The notes under the pieces: model-generated
What the model saw: only the letters and a program-made list of their open reading frames with translations
Told to the model about the DNA's origin: nothing
Database searches by the model: none
Source of the DNA: Camelus ferus
Lineage: Eukaryota
NCBI RefSeq assembly: GCF_009834535.1
Contig: NC_045704.1
Location: 9,424,001 to 9,488,000 of the forward strand
Direction: 5' to 3'
Length of the DNA stretch: 64,000 bases
Shown here: positions 15,501 through 27,000 of the stretch, one piece after another
Numbering within the stretch: the first letter of the stretch is position 1
Layout: each line of letters starts with the position of its first letter
Made by a program: the position numbers and the translations under genes

Positions 15501-18500
15501 TAGAGTAACGAATTCACTGAATTATTATCCAAATTATTTACTACCACTATTTATGTCATATCATTCAAATATTTAATAATCAAATACTTTATTAGATTGA
15601 TAAATAACAAGTAAATGATAAATAGCAACCAATTAAACATTCAAATAAATAGATAAGTAACAAATATGTGATAAAGAACAGCTCATTAGCTATTTAATTA
15701 GATTAAGGGTAATAAGTGGTAGATAACAAGTAATAAATAACTCGCTAGATAGTTAAATAATAAGTAACAAGCGGCAATACAACTCAGAGATATTTAATTA
15801 TATAGATATTAAGTTACAAGTGATAAATAACAACTCTGATATTTAATTAAATAGATAAATAACAAATAAGTGATAAAGAGCAACTAATTCTACATTCAAA
15901 TAATCAGTTAATTATTTAAACAACTAAGTGATTTAGTTAACTGTACTTCAGTGATTTAGTCATTCGTAGAGGTACTAGCCAGGCGTTAATACTTCAGCAA
16001 AGCCCAGCACTGCAAACGTGCTGCGCTTCTGGGACCTCGGTTCTGCTGAGTCCATTCCTCTATGGACACCATCAAGAGGCGTGCCGGGCACTGGGTGTGT
16101 CGGAGTAGGGGTGACTGGGAGAGGCACAGTGCCCGCCCCCAGGTGCTCGCCCCCAACCTTGTCACAGGAACCCATGGAGATACGTGCCTGTGGGCCATGG
16201 GGCAGGGGGTGCCCTGGTCCTGTCTGGCCTCAGGGAGCATGTCTGTCATTGCTCAACACATCCGTGTGTTTGTTCCCTGAGCCTCTGGTGTGCCAGACCC
16301 TGGTACCAGACCATGAGGGTTGACCTGGTAAGGGAGGCTTCATGTGAACTATCCAACATGCCTTTTCTCTGTTTTCAAGAAAAAATTTTAACAGTTTTAT
16401 TAAGGTATAATTGACATATATGGGAAGTGTGCAGTGTGAGAAGTTTTGATGTATGTGTACACCTGTGGAAACTGTCATTTTTCCATCTCTCACATTCATC
16501 AGGGGTGGGTCACCCACGGGCCAGGCCCCGACCTGGGTACTAGGGATTTAGTGAGGAGCAAAGGGATATAGCTGTGGTTCCCACGGGGCAACAGAAAACA
16601 TACACTCGTATGTATATTTACAAATACAAACACATCTATTGTGTGTGTGTATATATATATGCATGCAAGTATAATGTCTAATATATGTGTGTGTATATAT
16701 ATATATATATATATAAAACTTAAGCTATACTGTGGTGTATAATATGACATCAAAGAGTTAGAACTATACTAAAGAAAAATTAAACTAGTGACAATGGTGG
16801 GCAGTGATATTTTAAGTAACATTGTGCATTAGTTTTCTAGGGCTGTTACAGATTACCACAAATTGGGTGGTTTGACACAGAAACTTAGTCCTTCACAGTT
16901 CTGGGGACTAGACGCCTGAAGCCAAGGTGTCAGCAGGGCTGTGCTCCCCCTGAAGGTGCTAGGGAAGAATCCTTCCTTGCCTCTTCCAGCTTCTTGTAGT
17001 TGCTGGCAATCCTTGGCATCCCTTGATGAGATCCATCACTCCAATCTCTGCCTCTGTTTTCATGTGGCTTTCTTTCTCCCCTGTGTGTCTGTGTCTGTGT
17101 CTTAGAATTCTTTCCAGATAGGTAAACAGAGGTCTGCTTTAATTTCAGTGTAATTCAATATTACAATTGCAGAGGAGAGGGTGTAGCTCAGTGGTAGAGT
17201 ACATGCTTAGCATGTACGAGGGCCTGGGTTCAATCCCCAGTGCCTCCATTAAAAGTAAATAAATAAACCTAATTAGCTACCCCCTAAAACAAAACAATGA
17301 AACAAAATTTTTTAAAAATGTATAACTGCATATTTCCTAAGGTGACTAGATCATTGTTTAGTTGGTCCTCTTTTGCAGGTATGTTTGTGGGCCCCATGTA
17401 GAGTTTAATTTCACTAATGCTTTTTGAATGGGTCCCATAGTCACGTGGTTCAAATTTCAAGATGCACAAGAGGGTAACAGTGAAAAGTCTCCCTCCTACC
17501 CCTGCCCCTAGCACCCAGTCAGTACCTCTCCCGGTTCCTCAGGTGGCCTTCCTAAGATATCCTGTGCACATACAAGGAAATGTGTATAGAAAGTCTTTTC
17601 CTCTTCCTCTCTTCATTTTGTGCAATTTCAGCCAATCCTGACCTCCCTTCTGCTCTTGCTGTATTCCCTTTCACACCGTCTCCAGGAGTGCATTTCCTGT
17701 CCGTGCCTATGGCTCTATCGTCTTTCCTCATGTAGCTGCACAGTAGGGAGAGCCTCTGTCATGTAACCGCCCCTCTCCATGGACGTGGAGGTAGTTTCCA
17801 CCCTCTCACTACTGCCAGCTCTGCTAAAAGAATAACCTTTGACACATATTACTTTATATGTGGGAGTATGTCTACAGAACAGTTTCTAGAAAGGAAAAGA
17901 CTGGGTTAAGGTAGATTAAAGATGAAGTTACAGGCTTAGGGGCCATGTCCTTAGCTGTTGGCCAAGTTGCTCTCCATAGAAGTTGGACCAGTCGACACGC
18001 CAGCCGTGAGGGTGCCTAGCTTTCCCACATCCTGGCCAGGACAGGGTGCCTCAAGCCGTTTGACCTTTTTTTCAAACTGATTAATGTGAAAAGCACTATT
18101 CCAGTCCAGCTTACATTGTACATTCTCCAGTTTACATTCTCCCATGAGTGAAGCTGGGTGTCTTTTTCCTTTCTTGTGAACTACTCATCATATCCTTTTC
18201 CCATTTGTCTACTGGGTGGTAGTTGTTGCAATTGATTTATTGAAGCTCTTGAAGTATTAAGTTTGTTAGCCCTTTGTGATGAGTTGCAAATATTTTTCAC
18301 TGCTAATTGTTTTTCTTTCATTTTCGTTTCTGGAATCTTATTGCCATGTAGACAACTTTAATGTTTATGTAGACCAACCTCTCCCGTGCTTCTTTCTTGG
18401 TTTCTGGCATTTGTACCCATGGAAGGGGTTTTAAGTAGAAATTAGTAAAGGTTGGTCATATCTGGGAATTAGAAATAGCCTGAGGGGGCTGATGTGAGGA

Positions 18501-18807
18501 CAGACCAGAAGGGTGCGAATGGAGGCGGAGAGACCCTGGGTTCTAGTTCAGTAGTCCAGAAGTGAATGAGAAGAGAAACAATGAGTCATGTATCTCAGCG
18601 GATGTTGAAGAACCCTGGCAAGCTGCTGGGGTGGGGGGCAGGAGAGAAGAGGAGCCATTTCTGGATGCAGGGTTGCTGGAGGCAGGGCCTGGCCTTTGCA
18701 CTCAGGGCCCCCCATCTTGCCCCCTATTGCAGGAGGAACTGGAGTTCTGCGAAAAGTTGCTACAGACCTGTTTCTCCACCCCGACGGACGACAGCATGGA
18801 TCGGTGA
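9596..18807 (+). CDS. HSPBP1: Hsp70-binding protein 1 (nucleotide exchange factor), complete CDS, 357 aa
   Basis: Coding exons 9596-9799, 11425-11629, 13352-13576, 14398-14553, 14663-14759, 15234-15345, 18733-18807 (sum 1074 nt). Translation MAEQGSGGSRLPLALPPASQGCSSGG...PRNLQGLLQMAITAGS...RRQWLQEAMSAAF...EREGALELLADLCENMDNAADFCQLSG...EELEFCEKLLQTCFSTPTDDSMDR*. GT/AG and phases consistent. Confidence 0.97.
10395..10655 (+). mobile_element. Cetartiodactyl L1 3' end inserted into a MIR
   Basis: cttatggttac...gggataaatttgagagtttgagatttg...gggaactatattcaatatcttgtaataacctataatgaaaaagaatatg...gactatacttcaat + A tail; MIR halves on both sides. Confidence 0.85.
12972..13315 (-). mobile_element. MaLR (MLT1/MST-type) LTR
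   Basis: tgtgttagtccatt...tgctgctgtaac...ggggttagggcttcaacataagtttggggggggacacagctcagcccatcaca. Confidence 0.75.
16822..17100 (-). mobile_element. MLT1-type LTR fragment
   Basis: tgtgcattagttttctagggctgttacagattaccacaaattgggtggttt...cacagttctgggg...ccaaggtgtcagcagggctgtgctcc. Confidence 0.75.
17172..17318 (+). mobile_element. Camelid-type tRNA-derived SINE (vic-1-like)
   Basis: ggagagggtgtagctcagtggtagagtacatgcttagcatgtacgagggcctgggttcaatccccagtgcctccatt...aaataaataaacctaatt; A and B boxes plus A-rich tail. Confidence 0.85.
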
Positions 18808-19035
18808 AACCCGGTGGCTTCTCACCCCTTCTCGGTGGGAACCCCAGGCCTCTTGCCTCCTCTCACTTACTGGGCCCTCTCTCAAAGGAAAGCAGGGCCT
18901 TGTTGGTGCTGGGCTGGGGCGTGCCAGCCTGTCTCCGCTCAGCCCCCTGGAGGGGCGCTGAGAAAGGGGCTGGCTCCGTGGACCCCTCTCATGCACTCAC
19001 TCCATTCCCCTTTCTCGTGTCCACACTGCTCTTCC

Positions 19036-19041
19036 AATAAA
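19036..19041 (+). terminator. HSPBP1 polyadenylation signal
   Basis: AATAAA 229 nt after the stop codon, followed by GT/T-rich sequence (ggtgtttttct). Confidence 0.8.
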
Positions 19042-19327
19042 GGTGTTTTTCTCCACCTCCTTCACTGCCACCTTTGTCACCTCCCCTGGAGGGTGCTGTG
19101 GGAAGGGAGGAGAGGCACGATCTTAGGGGACCTGGGGAGCCCTGGACGGGACGGCAGCGGGCAGAACCTAGGAATAATAAAAGTGTTGCTCTCTAAAATC
19201 AAGACCCATTGTCTCCTTTTGTCTTCCCTGCCTCTCTCTGGAGAGGGAGTGTGGGGGACACCCGTCCTTCTTAGGTCTCCATTGTCTAACTCTCCTGTTT
19301 GAAGAATCCCTACCTTAGACGTCCGCA

Positions 19328-19407
19328 CCGCCCCGCCTAAGGCGGAGGCCATATTCTTTCCCAGCATGCTGTGCAGGGGCGCATCACGTGACTTCAACTC
19401 CGCCAAT
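19328..19407. promoter_or_regulatory. Intergenic cluster of promoter-type motifs
   Basis: GC box 19328-19337, GCCATATT 19348-19355, TTTCCCAGCATGC 19357-19369, TCACGTGAC 19384-19392, CCAAT 19403-19407. Confidence 0.55.
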
Positions 19408-21439
19408 CAGCGCTCACTGTGCCTGCCTGGGGACCGTGCTGGCGAAGGCGGGAGCGAGTGCTAGAGGTCTGGCGGTCCAGTGCCAGGGATGGAGGCACTC
19501 AGCCTTTTTTCCAGCCTTCTCAGAGATGGGGGGGCGGGCCTGGGACAAGGGAAACTGCCTCACCTCCTTTAATAAATTCCTTTTCAGTTTAGCCAGAGGT
19601 GGTTTCGTTTACAACCAAGAGTCGTAACTAATGATATATTCCAGAGGAGGAAGCTGAGCCCAGAGTGGTTGATCCGTGGACAAGTTCATAGCCTAGATTT
19701 AGACCTGGGCCAATTCCAAAGCTGTGCTCCTCTTCCCTGTATCCTGGTTTCCTAGCCCCGTTTGATGCCAGTCTAATTCCTCTCCTGTGGAATTTACTTG
19801 TATGGAGAGATTGATTATTTTCACTCCCCTTCCCAAATTCAGGATAAATCGAAAGGTAGCTACAGGATCTGAAAATTGGAGATCAACTATCATCTGCATC
19901 ACTTTTAAAGCAGATCTGAGAAAGCGGCACTCGTCTTGCTGACACGTCAGCCCAGCATTAGACATGCTTGTGTGCCTGGTCACAGGCAGTACTGGACATG
20001 CACAGTCCTTCCCCTTGGGTGCAGGCACCAGGCTGGAACAGTGGGCAGGCTGGTTTTGAGAGGAGAGAGAGTTGGGGGCTAAGCCACGAGGCCCATCCGT
20101 TCCACTAAGTCATTCCTCAGCCCCTGGAAGGGGTGGAGAGGCCAGGAAAGACAGTCAGCAATAGGAGTTTCTCCATGTGAAAACGTGAGGAATGAGTGTT
20201 CTCACCAAACAGTTTAAGAAGCTCCTTCCAATTCTAATACAAATAACAGCATCGTCTACCTGTGTGCTCTGACAAGACTTCAGTCCTTAAAGCCTCTGTA
20301 GCTTTTCCAGGTTCTAGGAGATCGACCTTGTCAGCTTCTCAGGTTCCATTTGGTGCTTAAAGCCCAGTGCCTGAGCTTATGTGTTAGAACAGTGTGGCAA
20401 CCATGCGATCGTACTGTGGAAAAAAGCAAGCAAAATGCTGCATAAACAATGAAAGAACCTGACCTAGAAGATGACTCAAGGAACAGAAGAAAGTGTCTCA
20501 CTACCGCTTTAAACTATAAGAATAGGAACCTGGGTCCATTTAAAAACAAGACCTCAAAGATGACAAAGACTGTTAAACCTAAAGAAACAAACTGAGGACT
20601 GTGGTAATTAATAAGTTAGATGGTTCTGCATTTTGGCACTCTCTCATCCCACCTCCGTGAGAGAAGTACACTTTCTCACTCCATGGTGGTGGGGTGTAGC
20701 TGTCTGCCCCATGACTTTGGGCTTGACCATGTGACTTGCTTTCACCAATGGATGGTAGCCAATGAGGCAACCTGAGACTTGAAATGTGCTAACACAACTG
20801 GTCTTGGTCTGAGGTGCTTTTGTCTTTTCTTCTGAGATGGTGCCCTGTGATGTCCACTGGTGCCCAGAGTATAAAAAACATGGGAAACAGAACAGTCCCG
20901 CCAAACTTCACACATGCAGCTCTAAGCTGTGAACATAATAGGTTGTGGTTGCCTGTCACTCAGCAGTAGCTAACTGATACAAGGACCAAAAAGTATCACA
21001 TGCAAGAGATACACTGGAAATGGCAAGGACCAGAAGAGACACGGCTGTAAAATCAAATTACTGACATGTGATAATCAGTGAATACAGGTGGATATGACAA
21101 AGAATAAAGCAACTAGAAAGAAGCTAACGGATGTGAAGGACAAAAGCATAACAGACATCCTTGAAATAGAGAACTGGAACAATAAAACGTTCCTGAAATG
21201 AAAAAGGTAAGTCTGCCGGTTAAAAAGAAATAATGCTAAGTCCTTATACACACTCAGCGCTGACCCTTACAGTGGGCCTGTGACATGGGCACGGAAATTC
21301 TGAGGCTCAGAGCCAGATGGGGCCTTCATGATCACGGATACACAGTCTAGGAGAACCCTTCCAACAGGGTTCTGTCTGTTCAGTCCATGCTGTTAGAGGA
21401 TTTTGTGCAGCAACTGGCAACAGTAACGACACGGCCTCA

Positions 21440-22520
21440 GTACAGGCCTAGAAGTGGGACTTAAGTCAGCCGGAGGCACCGAGAAGTAAGGCGTCGAGAA
21501 AGAACGCGGCGGGACAAAAGCGCCTGGCCTTGGTTGAGAAAACCCGGGATGGACTCCCCCGGAGCTGATCCTGGAGCCAAAACAGGAATATGATTGGAAG
21601 AGACAGGATAGCAAGCGGATTTCCAAACGGAGCGAGGGGAAAGAAATCCTGGAGCAGGACATTCTGTGGACTTTGGAACGGAATCGCAGAAAAAAGCTGC
21701 CCGAGTATGCAGTGGGGCCTGCGCATTGGGTTTATTCCGGGAGGGACCATTGGCACAAACCTGCGCAAGCGCACTTGCGGCGGAGGTATTCTGGCTGGGC
21801 GGGGTCCGCAGCGGCTGGCCCAGCGCGCACGCGCGCTGCAGGGCCCGGGCGTGCGGCCTCAGCACACCTGCGCACCGAGACGGCGGCGGGAGGGCGGGGC
21901 CTCCTGCGTGCCCCTGCGCTAGGGGGATTGTGGGATAGTGGCGGACGGAGCCGGGCGTCGGAGGCCCTGAAGTGGACTGGAAAGCCCGGGGACAGCGCCG
22001 GTTTGGGGAAGGGGACGGTGGAGGAAGTGGGCCTCGGCTTCCGTCGGCCGTTGCTCAGCACTGTGGCCTGTTCGGACTGCGGAGTAGGACGTCTTCCCTG
22101 ACTGGCCTTTGCTTTCCCGCGGGGCGCCGGACCGGGCCGGGGAAACCGGGGCGACTTCCCGGCTGAGGGCCTGCGCGGGCCTCGCGACCCCGCCAGCCTC
22201 TCTCAGCCGCCTCGCCTGCGGGTCCCGGACTCCCGCCGCCTCCCAGCCGGCGCTGACCCCCGAACTCTGGAACTCGGCGCGCAAGGGCCCCCCACAGGCC
22301 CGAGAGCGCGTGCGCGAGCCCAGGCGCCAGCGCGCGACCCCCGCCGCCGCCCCCGCCTCCACATACCGGGCCCCTGAGCAGGGGCCGGAGCCGCCGGCGG
22401 CGGGGCGGGGGGGGCGCCCCGATGAGCCCAGAGTGCGAGGAGCCGCCGCCGCCCCCCTGCGCAGGTGAGCGGGCCGCCCCGGGACCCTCCCCTCCCACGA
22501 GAGCCCCGCCCAGGCTCCCC
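21440..22520 (+). promoter_or_regulatory. PPP6R1 CpG island, promoter and non-coding exon 1
   Basis: Dense CpG, NRF1-like tgcgcaagcgca 21762-21773, ATTGG boxes, GC boxes; donor cag|gtgagc at 22464/22465. Confidence 0.8.
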
Positions 22521-23791
22521 TCGAGTTTCTTCACCCCGTCTTTTTCGGACTCTTCCCCTCCTACGTGGGAGCTCCTCTCTACCCCAGTCTCTTCTTCTCA
22601 GCTCCTCCGAGTCTCCTAGTCTCTTCTCCCAGCCCCCGAGTCTCTTAGTCTCTACTCCCTCAGCCCCTCTCGTCTCTTAGTTTCCCCCTCAACCCCCCTC
22701 TCATCTCTTAGTCTCCCCCAGCCCCTCCGATTCTCCTGGTCTCTTCCTCTTCAGCCCACCCCTCCTTCCCCTTTCAGGCTCATAGTGGCTTCCCCCTCTG
22801 ACCCCCCCTTACCCCTAGGACTCCACCCCCACTCTCTTACTCCTCTGGCCGCCTCCCCAGGACACCCCTCACCCTCCCTGTCTCTGCCTCACCCCCTCCT
22901 TCCCGCCGCCTGCATCCTAGACTCCACCACTTCTGTAACTGTCACTCTCGGGCTCAGGAGGCCAGAGTAGTGGGGCTTTCTCTTCACCCTGACCGGGGCT
23001 CTCCTGCCCCGCTGCCTCTGCTGTGAGGAGGATAGGGAGCCAGCCTAATGTGGAGCAGCCACCTCTCGATCCCCCATCTGTGAGATGAGGTCGGCTGAGG
23101 GCAGGGTGGGGAGGCTGGTGCTGGGCACAGAGGGAGGGAGGGAGGGAGGCACCAGCCTCAGGCCCTGCCCTGGGGAGACAAAGGCAGAGCAGGACAGTCA
23201 CAATTGCTGGTGTAGTGATAGAGGTAACCCAGCGCGTTGCGGGAGGCCACAGAGCGGAGAGACTGGTGAGACTGGCTCAGCGGGTGGCTTTTTCTGTCTA
23301 GGAAGGATGAGTAGGAGTTGACAGATGGAGAGTGGGAAGAAGGGCCTTCCGGGTGGAAGGAACAGCACGTGCGAATATGTGAAGGTGGGAACCCAGGAGG
23401 AGTCTTCGCGCCTGGAGTGCAGATGTGCTGGGAGGGAGGGGCGGGCTCCTTGGTGGGGCTGCTTGTCCAGGCCCTTGAACGCGACCTGGTTAGGGTCATT
23501 CTTGCTCACTGTGTCACGGACCTGTACATCTGTGCTGAGGACACAGCCGTTACTAGTAACACCAGCCTGAAAGGCAGATGTTTCTGGAAAGGAAGATGTG
23601 TTGTCAGGTGTGGGACGGGCTTCAGAGTTGTAAAAACTTCAGCAGGGTGTAAGTGGCGCTGACAGCAGTGCTTTCCTCACAGGGAGGTCTGGGGATTCAG
23701 CGTGTAGACGTCTGCAGCAGAGGGCAGGGCACAGGAAGTACCTCAGGATCCGAGGCTTTTAGGGTTATTATTTGGTTTAGGATTATCTATT

Positions 23792-24032
23792 GCAGTGGTT
23801 TTCAGCAGGCCGCCCGGGGAGGGGGGAGGTTGTATCCCCAGGGGACATTTACTAATGGTGGGAGACACTTTTAGTTGTCACAGTTTGGGGGCTGCTACTG
23901 GCAGGCATCGAGGGGATGGAGGCCGCGGGCGCTTCTCAGCATCCTCCGATGCAGAGGACGGCCCCCGACAGTGGCCCACCGCAAGGGTGTTTTCCCGCCC
24001 CAGTTGTCAGCAGTACGGTGGTGGAAAAACCC
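23792..24032 (+). mobile_element. MER20-like hAT element
   Basis: cagtggtttt...ccaggggacattt...gagacacttttagttgtcaca...tgctactggca...gaggccg...cagcatcct...aaaaaccctg. Confidence 0.75.
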
Positions 24033-27000
24033 TGCCCTCTTGCTTGGATGTTATGTATAGCTGTGGCTTACTTGTTCTGTTGCTACCGTGAGCAGCTCTG
24101 TGTTGTGAGCTGTGTGTTTTTATTTACTCTTGTGTTTTTGGTAGTTACTTTTGGTGGGATACCTCCTGTTTCTTTCCAGTAGGGGAGAATCTTACCCCCA
24201 GCCCACCCAGCCACCCACCCAGTGTTTTTTCAGGATCCATGGCCAAGTGACCTTAGCTGGTCACCTTCACCTCAGGACTCCAGTTTTCATTAATTTGAGA
24301 AGTAGCTCTAGCAGTGGGCCTGACCTTATGCTACGTCCTGGGAAATTGGCATCTTGCTGCGGGAGGCAGGTGACCGAACAGGCAAGTCCTGTCACCGAGC
24401 GCTCAGATGCTGTCATAGTATGACCACGGAAGCTGTGGAAGTGTGGAGCAGGCCCCTCACGCAGTCAGGGGAGGCTTCCTGGAGGAAGTGGTGTCTGCGC
24501 TGAAGCCTGAAGGACCCAGAAGGAGCTGGCTAGTCAGGCCCGAAGAGTTGGAGGGAAGGCAGAGGGAGCAGCCGAGCCAGGGCAGAGGCGAGGGCGCAGA
24601 GGAGCAGTCAGGTGTGGCGGGAGTGTTGTGTGCCATGCGGGTTGCAGCAAGAGGTGAGGTGAGAGGCCTGGACGCCTTGGTGAAAATGAGAAGCCTTCCC
24701 CACATCCCTGGGCTCCTGCTCAGCTCTTGGGCAGGCTCAGCGCCTGGGGGGTGGGGACACACCCTCCTTTCCAGGCTGAACCACCGTTTTGCCTCTGAAC
24801 ATCGGCTTTGTGGCTCTTCCAGAGGAAGTGCAGTCTTACAGTGACCGTGAGGTGTCTCTCAGGAGAGAGACTGAGGCTCAATGGGGTTAGGTCCCTGGTC
24901 TAAGGCCACAGAGATTGGAGTTTGGAGAGGCAAGATTGGAACCCAGGCCTTTCTGACTTTGGATCACCCTATAACACTCACACATCCCTCTGTTTTCCAA
25001 GGGCTGTTTCAAAATATATTCATTGCATTTTTCCTTGTCCCCTTTGAACCTGTGACCAATCCAGGAGATGGCCCAGGATGTGAGCTTTCAGGCCCCTCCT
25101 CAGTGCTTAGCTAGGTGTCCAGTTCTCTTCTGTTTCCTAATTAATCCATCCCCTGGGGTTGGACCAGAGCTGCCACCTCCCCTGGGAGAGTGTGTTCTGG
25201 GGTTAGAAGGGAAGTGGTGCCCCTAACTGCCCCCTGCCCCGCTTTCCCGAGAAGAGAAAGTCCCAGCCCCTCATATCTCGTGTGGCCTTGGCCAAGTCCC
25301 TCTCCTTCTCTGGCCTCAGTCACCCCTACTTCCATACGGGTGTCCTGCCACTTACCTTGCTGGGTACGTGTTGGGTTCTGCCATTACCATTGTCCCGTTC
25401 CTGGAATCGGAAGCCCCCCACCCTGCTTTTCAGATTTGGCTGAGAGCTGGCTGTGGCTCGCGGGGATTTAGAAGGCAGTGGTCTCGCTGTCCTCTGACCT
25501 GCTGGGTCCTGCAAGGGCTGGAGGCTGGCCAGCCAGCAGTGGGTTCTCCCCTCCTGGCCTGTGTCTCATTCAAGTGGCCTGTGGGCCTGTGGTGGCTGAG
25601 GGCAGCAGCGTCAGCAGGCCGTAGATGGCCTCTCCCAATGCTAGAACCCCTGCTGAGCCTAGGGCATCTCAGGTGGCTGCCCCGAGGCCCTCACAGAGGG
25701 CTCTGCACACTTGACATCCACTTCCGGGTGCTTCAGGGCCAGGGAGGGCGAGGAAGGGGTGGCAGATAAAGGATCAGCCCACAGGCTCCCTCGCAGGCGG
25801 GGAACAGACGGTGGCAGCAGCAGTGGCAGTGGGGATGCTCTGTGGGAGCTGCAGTTGGGCCCCATCTGAGCCCGGGCAGGGTCAGGGGCTAGAAGCCTCC
25901 TGAGGGGGTCAGCTGGTGTCGGAGGCCTGAGGACAATGCAGCAAAGCAAGAAACCCGAGGTGGTGGTGCAGAGCTGGCGGAGGGGGTGAAGGACGGGACG
26001 ATGGCGGGGCGGGTAGGTAGTTTTCGTTTTTAATGGCTTCCTTTCTCATTTAGTTTCCCCTTCTTCCGTTAGCAGCCAGAGTCATGGTTTTCAAACGGTC
26101 GCTAAAAACCAGTGGTAGTCACTTCCGTTTTCTTGAAGTTTGCTACAAGTTGCAAAGAGTGGGGGCAGCGGGGTGTGTGGCGCCCGCCAGAATATTTGAG
26201 TGAGCTCTCTTACTCAGGCAAAAGGGGCATCTTTCCTGGGTCTTCTGTTTTTAACGCCATCACCCTGGGTGGTGGCTGCTCCTTCCCTCCTACTCAGAAG
26301 TGTCGGGGCTTCAGCCTGGCTTCAGGGACAGATAGGGAGGGCCAACCTTTGCTTAGCACCTGCTGTGTGAGGCCTACGGCCTGACCTGGCTGTTCTTATA
26401 ACATGGCCCTTCCTTATGGCGGTGCTCCCATTTCACAGATGAGGAAGTGAGGCGTTGGGGTGCCACGTGCCCGCCCAGGTTCGCCCCCTTAGAGACTGAG
26501 AATGAAACCCACCTCTCCTGTCTGGAAGTTCCATTAAGTGGGAAGGTGGGACTGACTGCCAGGACTTGAGGCTAGAGTGAGTTAAGAGTTTGTGGCGGGG
26601 AAGTATTCTCTTTCTCTTTTTTGTGTGTTTTCTTTTTTCCAGTTCTCTGTCTGCATTTCATTCTGTGCAGACCTCGAGAACTGATGTTTGTAGAACTGCC
26701 ACTCAGCTGCATCTGATCCTTGCAGCCTCCTCTGATTTTCCGAGGGACCTGAGGTTCTGAGACGTTCAGGGGCTACCTGGTTTCTGATCCCTCTAGAGTC
26801 CGCGCTCTGCAGGCCCCTCACACCCTGCTGCCTTGTGACAGGGGCCCCCGGCCCTCCCCGCCACACTCAGTTCTCTGGCAAGCCAGCTTTGGAAGGGAAG
26901 CCCGACCTGCTGTCCAAGGCAGACAGGGAGGGTTGGGGCGGGGGTGCATAGCCTGTGCCCTCTGCCCAGGTGCTTTGGAAGTGGGTGGGTAGGCCTCAAC

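Noticed and set aside
17172-17250. tRNA-like sequence with A and B boxes
   Set aside because: Continues into a SINE body and A-rich tail, occurs in three dispersed copies, and lacks a complete cloverleaf; not a tRNA gene.
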